Below are positions 56,501 to 64,000 of a stretch of 64,000 bases of DNA, piece by piece. The position numbers were made by a program, and so were the translations under genes. The notes beneath the pieces were generated by a model that was not told where the DNA came from, did no database searches, and saw only the letters and a list, made by a program, of their open reading frames with translations. Numbering within the stretch: position 1 is the first letter of the stretch; each line of letters opens with the position of its first letter. The stretch comes from Dehalococcoidia bacterium (GTDB taxonomy: Bacteria > Chloroflexota > Dehalococcoidia > Lucifugimonadales > UBA3495), in the NCBI GenBank assembly GCA_963668585.1, contig OY764869.1, positions 3,147,106 to 3,211,105 on the forward strand. Direction: 5' to 3'.

Positions 56501-57223
56501 GTGTTCAGTCGGACCAGCCGAGCGACACGGGTGATGCTCGTGGCGACGCCTTGGATTATCGCGGCCGGCGTGGCGCTCCTGATCATCGGGCCGGATCTTC
56601 CCCTGGCAGCCAATTACGCTGCGGTCTGCGCCTTGGCCTATCTGGCCGGCTCATTGTCATGGGGTTACATGTTCGTCAACCTGGCGATGGGCGAGGACAT
56701 CAGGGATTTCGGGAGCGGTCGCACCGGGATGTCGAACATCCTGCGCACGGCCGGAGGAAAGGCCGCCGCCCTGGTTTTCGTTCTTGACGCCGGCAAGGGC
56801 ATTTTGATCGTGCTTATGGCGCGCTACGCCACCGGGATGGTGGAGGCCGAAGTCATCGCAGGGCTGATCGCGTTGTGCGGACACAACTGGCCGGTGTTTT
56901 TGAGATTTCGCGGTGGCCGGGGCATCATGCCGGGATTCGGCGGTCTGTCCGTGATGGCCCCCTGGGTAGCGCTCGCCGGTGGCGGGCTTTTCCTGGCCGT
57001 AACCCTTTCCAGCCGGATCCTGTCGCTGGGCAGTATCGTGGGCACCCTTACCGTCGCCCTGTTGAGCCTGGCGTTGACGTTGGTGTCGGAACACCACGAG
57101 TTGTACACGGCCTACGCATTTGTGGGCGGCGCCCTTATCATCTGGCAGCACCGGGACAACATCCGGCGCATCGCCAACGGCACCGAGCGCAGACTGGGGC
57201 TTCCGGGGCTGCGGAACCGCTAG
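56501..57223 (+). CDS. plsY: glycerol-3-phosphate acyltransferase PlsY
   Basis: ORF track 55961..57223 is over-extended across der. GTG 56501 (SD GAGG 5 nt upstream; alternatives 56495 and 56534). GSGRTGMSN, DAGKG, HNWPVFLRFRGGRG motifs. Confidence 0.85.
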   Translation: MFSRTSRATRVMLVATPWIIAAGVALLIIGPDLPLAANYAAVCALAYLAGSLSWGYMFVNLAMGEDIRDFGSGRTGMSNILRTAGGKAAALVFVLDAGKGILIVLMARYATGMVEAEVIAGLIALCGHNWPVFLRFRGGRGIMPGFGGLSVMAPWVALAGGGLFLAVTLSSRILSLGSIVGTLTVALLSLALTLVSEHHELYTAYAFVGGALIIWQHRDNIRRIANGTERRLGLPGLRNR

Positions 57224-57331
57224 CGGGGACTTCGGCGGGTTCGGCCATTTCCCGAAAACTGTGCGCTTCCCGTTGCGGCTCATGTGCTAGACTGGCCGTT
57301 AACTACATAATCTCCTCCGAGGAATACGCCA

Positions 57332-58318
57332 GTGCAGTACACCGTAGCGAGTCCAACCGACGGCATTTCCCCGGCCGTCGTTGAAGCGGCCGCCGCCGCG
57401 CGCCGCATCGCCGAAAACGTCGCCACCGTGATCGTTGGCAAGGATGACGTGATCGAACAGGCGCTGGCCGCTCTCATCGCCGACGGGCACATACTGGTTG
57501 AAGATGTCCCTGGCGTTGGCAAAACGATGCTGGCCCGCTCCCTCGCGATGTCAATCGGCGGCACGTTCTCGCGGATCCAGTTCACTCCCGACCTGCTCCC
57601 CAGCGACGTGACCGGCGTTGCCGTGTACAACCAGGCCACGGGCGATTTCAGCTTCCGATCCGGTCCCATCGCTGCCCAGTTGGTGTTGGCCGACGAAATC
57701 AACCGCGCCACGCCCAAAACACAGTCTGCCCTGCTGGAAGCCATGGAAGAACGGCAGGTGACAGTTGACGGCGTGACCCACCAACTCCCGGCTCCCTTCC
57801 TGGTCATCGCGACGCAGAACTCCATCGAATACGAAGGCACCTTCCCCTTGCCCGAAGCCCAACTCGACCGTTTCCTGATGCGGATCAGCGTGGGATATCC
57901 GCAGTTCGATGAAGAGATGACCATCATCGCACAGCAGGAATATTCGCACCCCATCGACGAAATCGCGGCGGTGGCGTCTCCACGGGAAGTGATCGAACTA
58001 CAGCAAACAGCCCAGGAAGTGTATGTGGACAACCTGGTTCGTGAGTACCTCGTCACCCTTTCCGAGGCCACGCGCTCCCACCCGGACGCGGCGCTGGGCG
58101 CGTCTCCGAGGGCTTCCCTGGGGTTGTTCCGCACCGGTCGGGCCCTGGCGCTGCTCCGTGGCCGGGACTACGTCCTGCCGGACGACATCAAGGAACTGGC
58201 CGTGGCGGTGCTGTCCCATCGCGTGGTACTCACTCCCGCCGCCCGTATGCGTGGGGTACGCCCTGAACGGCTGGTGTCCGAATTGCTCAACACCGTGCCG
58301 GTCCCAGGATCCGGATAG
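57332..58318 (+). CDS. MoxR-family AAA+ ATPase
   Basis: GTG start behind GAGGA. Walker A VPGVGKT, Walker B LADEINRA; FLVIATQNSIEYEGTFPLPEAQLDRF. Confidence 0.9.
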   Translation: MQYTVASPTDGISPAVVEAAAAARRIAENVATVIVGKDDVIEQALAALIADGHILVEDVPGVGKTMLARSLAMSIGGTFSRIQFTPDLLPSDVTGVAVYNQATGDFSFRSGPIAAQLVLADEINRATPKTQSALLEAMEERQVTVDGVTHQLPAPFLVIATQNSIEYEGTFPLPEAQLDRFLMRISVGYPQFDEEMTIIAQQEYSHPIDEIAAVASPREVIELQQTAQEVYVDNLVREYLVTLSEATRSHPDAALGASPRASLGLFRTGRALALLRGRDYVLPDDIKELAVAVLSHRVVLTPAARMRGVRPERLVSELLNTVPVPGSG

Positions 58319-58360
58319 CCTCAACCCCCACGTCTGGGATACCTTGTTTGCCAGGGCAGC

Positions 58361-59680
58361 ATGATGATCTCCATGCTCAGGACGACCATCCGTCAACACC
58401 GGCGCAGGATATTTTTCGGCCTGCTGGTCCTGGCCGTGATGTTTTATGCCCTGGGCACCGGCTTCTCATTCTTCTACCGCCTGTTGTTCACGCTGGTGGC
58501 GTTGGTGTGCATCGGTTACGGATGGGCGTGGCTCAACCTCCGCGGACTCGATGTGCGCCTGATCCGCCTCGGGACGCGCGGAAGCATCGGAGAATACCTG
58601 GAAGGGCAGATACAACTGGTCAACCGTACCAGGATGCCCAAATCCTGGCTGGAAGTATCGGAAGACACCGACCTGCCGAACCCGGGCGGGCGCACTGTGT
58701 CCCTGGTCAAGCGGCAACTGCGGTCGTTCAGGGTCTCAACCTACCTCTCCCGGCGCGGAGTGTATCGCACTGGCCGTATGCGCGTGACCGCTCGCGACCC
58801 GTTCGGCCTGTTCCAACTCAGCCGCACTTTTCTGAACCACCAGACCTACACCGTCCTGCCGAGAACCGTCCCATTGCCGAATCTTGACCGCCGGTTCGCC
58901 AACCTGCCCAGCGACAGCGTCTTCTCCCGTAGAACCCTGGCGGTGACGCCGGAATCGTCGAGCATCCGCGACTATGCTCACGGCGACGGTCTGCGCCGCA
59001 TACATTGGCCATACACCGCCCGCATGAATCGACTGATGGTCAAGGAGTTCGACATCGGCGTGTCGGCGCAGGCATGGGCCGTATTGGACATGGACCGGCG
59101 TTCCCACGTTGGCATCGCTCCCGACAACACCGAAGAACTCGCGGTGACGGTTGCGGCATCACTGGTGCGACACTGGGACGAAACTGCGATTCCGGCCGGA
59201 TTTGCCGCCAACGGGGCTGAATCGTGGATATTCAGGCCCGACCGCCGCCCCGCCCAGTTGGGCATTCTGATGGAAGCATTGGCGGGCATACACGCCGACG
59301 GATCTCTGCCTCTCGAGCGTTTCCTGAACGAACTGCGGCCTCACCTAACCGGTTTCAACACGCTGATGGTGATCACGTCATCGCGCCGGCCGGAATGGGT
59401 ATCGGTGCTGGTGGGCATGCGTCGACAGGGCGTCAACGTGGCGGTCTGCTATGTGGACCCCGGCGAATTTGGCGCCACCGAACCGGGCGCCGCACCAGGC
59501 GCCACCGCGCAAATCACCGCGGACTATCTCGCGCAAAACGACGTGCCGCTCTATCTGGTCCGGCGCGACGGCGACATCAACGCCGCTTTGTCCCATCCCC
59601 TGACCCCCAGAACCGAACAGACCGGCGAAGCAGCGGACATCCCTGACCGCGCCGCGCCGGCCAAAGTGTCATCGGCATAA
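58361..59680 (+). CDS. DUF58 domain protein (N-terminal TM pair)
   Basis: IRDYAHGDGLRRIHWPYTARMNRLMVKEFD signature. It follows the MoxR gene. Confidence 0.85.
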   Translation: MMISMLRTTIRQHRRRIFFGLLVLAVMFYALGTGFSFFYRLLFTLVALVCIGYGWAWLNLRGLDVRLIRLGTRGSIGEYLEGQIQLVNRTRMPKSWLEVSEDTDLPNPGGRTVSLVKRQLRSFRVSTYLSRRGVYRTGRMRVTARDPFGLFQLSRTFLNHQTYTVLPRTVPLPNLDRRFANLPSDSVFSRRTLAVTPESSSIRDYAHGDGLRRIHWPYTARMNRLMVKEFDIGVSAQAWAVLDMDRRSHVGIAPDNTEELAVTVAASLVRHWDETAIPAGFAANGAESWIFRPDRRPAQLGILMEALAGIHADGSLPLERFLNELRPHLTGFNTLMVITSSRRPEWVSVLVGMRRQGVNVAVCYVDPGEFGATEPGAAPGATAQITADYLAQNDVPLYLVRRDGDINAALSHPLTPRTEQTGEAADIPDRAAPAKVSSA

Positions 59681-62220
59681 TGGCAACCGCAGCGCCTCGC
59701 ACCACCACCCTGATTCGCCCGGCTGACGAAGACCGCTCCGCCGGCGAAGGTACGGTTTCGCTGGCACAGCGGATGCTGTTGGCTCTGTCTGCCCTCCGGC
59801 CTCCTGACGGCTGGATCGCGGCGGGTCTGCTGGCCCTCAACATGGTGATCGTGGTGTGGTCCGTAGAGGTGGCGGATTGGGCGCCGACCCCTCCGTTGGT
59901 GCTGGTGATCCTGCTGGCCGTGCTGACGGCGTTGGTCCTGGCCCGGGTGCGGTTCTGGGCCGGCGCACTGATTCCCATCGGCCTGCTGATCGGTGCCGGC
60001 GTGATCATCTGGCAGATGACGGCCGCCCCGCCCGAGGAATTGCGCATCGCCACCACCTTCGAGTTTTTCAGCCGACTGGGCGCCTGGATGTTGGCGGCAC
60101 GCAACGAAGGCATCAGCGTTGACCCTCTCCCCTTTGCCGTGGGGTTGATGATATCGTCCTGGTTGTCGGGGTTTTTCGCCGGCTGGGTGTTTTTCCGGTA
60201 TCGGAACTTCTGGGGAGTCTTTGCTCTGGGTTCGTTGGGCTTGCTCTCCAACCTGACGTTCCTGCCCGAAAACGCCAGCGTTTACCTGGGAATCTATCTT
60301 TTCACCGGCCTGCTGTTGGTGGGCTGGGTGCAGTCCGTGCGCTCCAGGCAACGTTGGGATGAGCAGGGCCGGGTGTACGACGGCCATCTCGGCATCCTGA
60401 CCGCCAGCGACACCACGGCGGTGGCATTTGTCGCGCTGTTGATTGCGTTCCTGATCCCGGTGGGCGGCCAGTGGGGCCCGGCCAACTCGGTTTACAACTT
60501 CACCCGCTCGCCCCTGGTCCATTGGGAAGAGGACTTCAACCGACTGTTCGCGGGCCTGCCCGCCCGCCGCCCGTTGCCCTACCGCATTTGGGGCGACACC
60601 ATGGCTTTCCAGGGCACCATCAACCCAACCGACACCCCGGTGCTGCAGGTCAACTCCGCCGTGCCTCTCTATTGGAAAGCCCGGTCTTACCCAACCTACA
60701 CTCACGAGGGTTGGCTTTCGGAGGGTACCGTACTCAAAGAACCGGGCTGGCAGCCTGAATACAGCGCTCCCAACCCGGAGCAGGAGCGATTCAACGTCAC
60801 CTTTGAGGTGATCCCCAAATACGACAGCCGCAGCCTTTTTGCCGGCGGGCAGACCATTGGTGCGAATCGCGACGTGCGGGTTGAAACTTTCGACTCTCCC
60901 CGTTATGTCATTGACCCTCATCTCGGCAGCGCCACCGATGATCTCCCAAAGCCTCTGCGGCAAGCCGTTGACGGCGTGAGGGCGGCCGTGGCCAACGATC
61001 CGTTTGCCCCGGACGAATCCATACTGTCGGCGCTCCCCAATGATTTCGCGTTGGAGACCGTGGAAAGGAACGACAACGGCAGCGTGGCCAAGGCGGTGAT
61101 CGGCGAAATCGTGCCCTCCGAACCGGACGTCCTGGCCGTCCGCGCCTCTGGTGGCAACGCTGGTTCCGGCGACCCGTACCAACTGACCGCATCGGTATCG
61201 TCAGCCGAACCGGAGGACCTCCGACTGATCAGCCAGGAATATCCGACTTGGGCCTGGGTGCGATACACCCAGTTGCCGCAGGATATGCCGGCCCGGGTGG
61301 AACAGTTGGCCAGGGACATCACCGCCGATGCCGAGACTCCTTACGACAAGGCAATAGCGGTCGAAACTTGGCTCAAGAGCAATCTGGAATACAACCTGGC
61401 CATCGAACCGCCACCCTTCGGCTCGGACGGCGTTGACCATTTCCTTTTCGAGAGCAGGGAAGGCTACAGCGAGTATTTCGGGTCTGCAATGACCGTGCTG
61501 ATGCGAAGCATCGGGATTCCGGCGCGCATGACCACCGGTTACACCACCGGCACATTGGTTGACGGGGGAAACCTCTACCTCGTTTCAGACCGCCACAGCC
61601 ATGGCTGGGCCGAAGTGTATTTCCCGGGTTATGGGTGGATTCCTTTCGAACCCACCCCGGGTAAGGAGATTCCGCTGGCGCTGCCCCCGGAGGAGCAGGA
61701 AGCGATCGCCGAATTGATCGCCTCCGCCAACTCGTCCGGAGAACTGCCCTGCGAAATTGAAGAGGATTGCGAAGAGGCGGACACTTCCTTCGACGGCGAA
61801 ATTAACATCCCCGGCCAGGGCGGCGCCGTCTGGCTGAATGCCGCGCGCACCGCGCTGCCGTGGGCCATTGGCGTTGGCTCCGTCCTGGTGGCGCTGGGAA
61901 TCGCGGGGTGGGCGCTCTGGCGGTGGCTGCTCTCCACTCCGGGCGACGCCGCATCAGCGTACCGTCGCCTGCGCCGGCTTGGGCGACTGGCATCTTTGAC
62001 GCCAAACCGGCACCAGACGCCGCACCAGTATGCGGCATCCGTCGCCAACGCCGTGCCGGAGCAGCGCGGCGAGGTGATGCGCATCGTCGATGCCTACGCC
62101 TTCACAACCTATGCGGGTCGCCAGTCGCCGGAGGAATCAGATTCCGACGATATCTCCGATGCCTGGAATGCCGTGCGGTTGCCGCTGGCGTGGTATGCTC
62201 TGCGCCGTCGTGAAAGCTGA
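59680..62220 (+). CDS. transglutaminase-like domain membrane protein (TgpA/DUF3488-type)
   Basis: TAATG overlap with the DUF58 stop. Multi-TM N-terminus. Transglutaminase-core region EGYSEYFGSAMTVLMRSIGIPARMTTGY...HGWAEVYFPGYGWIPFEPTP, followed by C-terminal TM segments. Confidence 0.85.
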   Translation: MATAAPRTTTLIRPADEDRSAGEGTVSLAQRMLLALSALRPPDGWIAAGLLALNMVIVVWSVEVADWAPTPPLVLVILLAVLTALVLARVRFWAGALIPIGLLIGAGVIIWQMTAAPPEELRIATTFEFFSRLGAWMLAARNEGISVDPLPFAVGLMISSWLSGFFAGWVFFRYRNFWGVFALGSLGLLSNLTFLPENASVYLGIYLFTGLLLVGWVQSVRSRQRWDEQGRVYDGHLGILTASDTTAVAFVALLIAFLIPVGGQWGPANSVYNFTRSPLVHWEEDFNRLFAGLPARRPLPYRIWGDTMAFQGTINPTDTPVLQVNSAVPLYWKARSYPTYTHEGWLSEGTVLKEPGWQPEYSAPNPEQERFNVTFEVIPKYDSRSLFAGGQTIGANRDVRVETFDSPRYVIDPHLGSATDDLPKPLRQAVDGVRAAVANDPFAPDESILSALPNDFALETVERNDNGSVAKAVIGEIVPSEPDVLAVRASGGNAGSGDPYQLTASVSSAEPEDLRLISQEYPTWAWVRYTQLPQDMPARVEQLARDITADAETPYDKAIAVETWLKSNLEYNLAIEPPPFGSDGVDHFLFESREGYSEYFGSAMTVLMRSIGIPARMTTGYTTGTLVDGGNLYLVSDRHSHGWAEVYFPGYGWIPFEPTPGKEIPLALPPEEQEAIAELIASANSSGELPCEIEEDCEEADTSFDGEINIPGQGGAVWLNAARTALPWAIGVGSVLVALGIAGWALWRWLLSTPGDAASAYRRLRRLGRLASLTPNRHQTPHQYAASVANAVPEQRGEVMRIVDAYAFTTYAGRQSPEESDSDDISDAWNAVRLPLAWYALRRRES

Positions 62221-62340
62221 CCGCTGCCGTCATCGAAACCTGCCGAGCGTCGGTTGCGGCCGGCGAGTGTCCCACCCCTGAGACGGGATGACTGCGAGTC
62301 GGGCAGAACCCCGCAACCCCAAACTTTCGAGGCTTCCGCA

Positions 62341-62868
62341 ATGTCGAACCAAAAGCCGTCGCTATACCGCTGCCTCCACGAAACTCCCGTGGGCTGGTTG
62401 GCGTTGATGGGATCCGCCGGCGGCCTGCGTCGGGTCAGTCTGCAGCCTGAACCGGCGGATGCGCTGGCAGGACTCGGAGAGTCTGCTCAGCAAGCCGAAG
62501 AGAACACCGAAGCATTCGCCGATGCGCTGGCGGCGTTCGACGATTATTTCGCAGGGGATATGTCGGCGTTGCAGCGGGTTGAAGTTGAGATTACGGATGC
62601 CGCTCCCTTCTTTGCAGCAGCCTGGCAGGCGTGCCGCTCGATTCCGGCCGGTGAAACCAGGTCCTACCAATGGCTGGCCAACGCCGCCGGCAATCCCAAA
62701 GCGTCGCGGGCCGCCGGACAGGCGATGGCCCGGAATCCCCTGCCGCTGGTAATTCCTTGCCATCGGGTCGTCGGCAGCAACGGCGGCTTGCATGGTTACG
62801 GCGGCGGCGGCGTGGATGTCAAAGCACGATTGCTGGAACTGGAACGCCAACAGGGCGCCCTGCTCTGA
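62341..62868 (+). CDS. ogt: methylated-DNA-protein-cysteine methyltransferase
   Basis: ORF track 62254..62868; start moved to ATG 62341. Active site IPCHRVVGSNG, and an upstream SYQWLANAAGNPKASRAAG helix-turn-wing. Confidence 0.9.
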   Translation: MSNQKPSLYRCLHETPVGWLALMGSAGGLRRVSLQPEPADALAGLGESAQQAEENTEAFADALAAFDDYFAGDMSALQRVEVEITDAAPFFAAAWQACRSIPAGETRSYQWLANAAGNPKASRAAGQAMARNPLPLVIPCHRVVGSNGGLHGYGGGGVDVKARLLELERQQGALL

Positions 62869-62997
62869 GCCGAGCCGGCTGGAGAATCCTCCCAATGTTG
62901 CAGGGCATGGAACAGACCAGTATGCTTGATGCAGTCCAAACGAACCAAACACTAACGACCAATCGATTCCACCGTGCCGTCGGCAGGAGGTTCCACC

Positions 62998-63447
62998 ATG
63001 GCAGGACAAAAATTCACATCATGGGTACACGGTTCGGCGATGACCGGCGAGTACCTGAATCGCATAGCATCCGTTCGTCATTGCGGCCCCTTCGTGCGCA
63101 TTGAGGGCAACGAAGGGCAGAATACCTGGGTGCATTTCGCCATTCCCACTCCGACCGTGCAGAACGGCAGCCGCACCAAGGCCGAATCGGTATCGGTTTC
63201 ATTCCGAGCCCGCTCTCATGCCAACGTGGCCGAGGTTCTGGTGTACGACGGCGAGAAGATCATCGCAGAGCATCTCGGCATGGCGATCAAGGGCGACAAT
63301 CTGGACGCCAACTTCGAGATTCCCGGAACACCCGAGGTTGACCGCGGAATCAACGTTGTGGTCGGCGTGACCTTCGATGCCGGCGCTCCCGACATCCGCT
63401 CCATGCAGGTGGAAATCGTCGGCGTCGGCGTCAACTTCGACGGCTGA
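62998..63447 (+). CDS. hypothetical beta-rich protein (149 aa)
   Basis: SD AGGAGG 7 nt before ATG 62998. No family confidently recognised. Confidence 0.55.
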   Translation: MAGQKFTSWVHGSAMTGEYLNRIASVRHCGPFVRIEGNEGQNTWVHFAIPTPTVQNGSRTKAESVSVSFRARSHANVAEVLVYDGEKIIAEHLGMAIKGDNLDANFEIPGTPEVDRGINVVVGVTFDAGAPDIRSMQVEIVGVGVNFDG

Positions 63448-63482
63448 CCAGTCGCTCCCAACCGGTAATTTTCAGGGGCGGG

Positions 63483-63511
63483 TGATTGACACCCGCCCCT
63501 GATTTACACTC
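63483..63511 (+). terminator. GC-rich hairpin, variant of the dispersed element
   Basis: CAGGGGCGGGTG-ATTGA-CACCCGCCCCTG followed by ATTT, 36 nt after the stop at 63447. It shares the AGGGGCGGG/CCCGCCCCT stem core with 3664 and 36909. Confidence 0.6.
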
Positions 63512-63565
63512 GGACGTAATCCGCTCATCCTGAGCCTGTCGAAGGACGGGCGGACGGTGCGCAGG

Positions 63566-63853
63566 TTATACGCCGTCCACGATCATCACATTGGAAATTG
63601 TGGACTGAATCCGAAGTTCCTTGGGCCCGGCGTAATCGTCGGAATAGTACCAGCCGTTGGCTTTCTCCAGGCTGTCAAACTCCAGGACAACGGTGCGACG
63701 CTCGGGTTGGTCGCCTTCCACAACTTTAACGTCGCCGCCCCGTGCCAGGTATTTGCCCCCGTACTTCTCGATGGTGGCCGGCACCTGCCCGCGATAAACC
63801 TCGAACTTCTCCGGGTCTGTGACTTCAATGGTGGCAATAACGTAAGCGGCCAT
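63566..63853 (-). CDS. DUF1330 domain protein
   Basis: ORF track 63566..63925; start moved to ATG 63853 (SD GGAGGA). MAAYVIATIEVTDPEKFEVYRGQVPATIEKYGGKYLARGG...VVLEFDSLEKANGWY. Confidence 0.85.
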   Translation of the reverse strand: MAAYVIATIEVTDPEKFEVYRGQVPATIEKYGGKYLARGGDVKVVEGDQPERRTVVLEFDSLEKANGWYYSDDYAGPKELRIQSTISNVMIVDGV

Positions 63854-63867
63854 CGCTATCCTCCGGT

Positions 63868-64000
63868 TTACGACTGTGTCAACTCTCGCACCGTTTCGGT
63901 CAGCGCCGGTATCACCTTCTCCCAATCGCCGACCACGCCGTAGCGCGCGTCCTTGAAAATATTCGCGTCGGCATCCCTGTTGATGGCAACGATCGCCTTG
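63868..64000 (-). CDS. etfA: electron transfer flavoprotein alpha subunit, C-terminal fragment (gene continues beyond the window)
   Basis: My translation reads ...[43 protein letters not shown], matching the conserved EtfA C-terminus (AINKD..APIF..ADYG.VGD). Confidence 0.7.
   Translation of the reverse strand, partial: KAIVAINRDADANIFKDARYGVVGDWEKVIPALTETVRELTQS

Noticed and set aside
59551-61182. A 543-aa minus-strand ORF.
   Set aside because: It is antisense to the transglutaminase-like membrane protein and the DUF58 3' end, and is a high-GC shadow.

Overview
This window is a 64-kb stretch of a high-GC bacterial chromosome. I saw no rRNA, CRISPR array, transposase, integrase or phage hallmarks. 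I support about 57 protein genes, one frameshifted gene and two tRNAs (Pro-CGG, Glu-UUC).

Most of the content is housekeeping: mfd, proBA, argC, nth, purA, pstS, pepP, selB, der, plsY, ogt and an etfA fragment. These genes are interleaved with catabolic and redox enzymes: FAD oxidases, a luciferase-like monooxygenase, an HpaB-family oxygenase, an SDR/MaoC block, an enolase-superfamily gene, an MSOX-type oxidase, a sulfotransferase and a CE7 esterase. The mix loosely resembles marine Chloroflexota, but that is speculation only.

Many starts in the ORF track are over-extended, because a high-GC genome leaves long open frames. I re-called starts where a GGAGG-like Shine-Dalgarno sequence and family-typical N-termini supported it. 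All family calls rest on motif recognition by eye; no BLAST or HMM search was possible.

I found no unambiguous novel system. The regions most worth follow-up are:
- An AT-richer two-gene surface module (11035-15589). It has a leaderless-type promoter and encodes a 1177-aa protein with several CARDB-like domains and Pro/Thr linkers.
- A stand-alone protoglobin translationally coupled to a dehydroquinase-fold protein that appears to lack several catalytic residues (27600-28711).
- A selB-nurA-cinA block containing a NurA-like nuclease with no HerA partner (50901-54552).
- Four head-to-tail 16-bp repeats in the selB/der divergent promoter region (54611-54674).
- An identical 29-nt GC-rich hairpin at two intergenic sites, with a variant at a third.
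- A MoxR-DUF58-transglutaminase triad whose transglutaminase core seems to read Ser-His-Glu instead of Cys-His-Asp.
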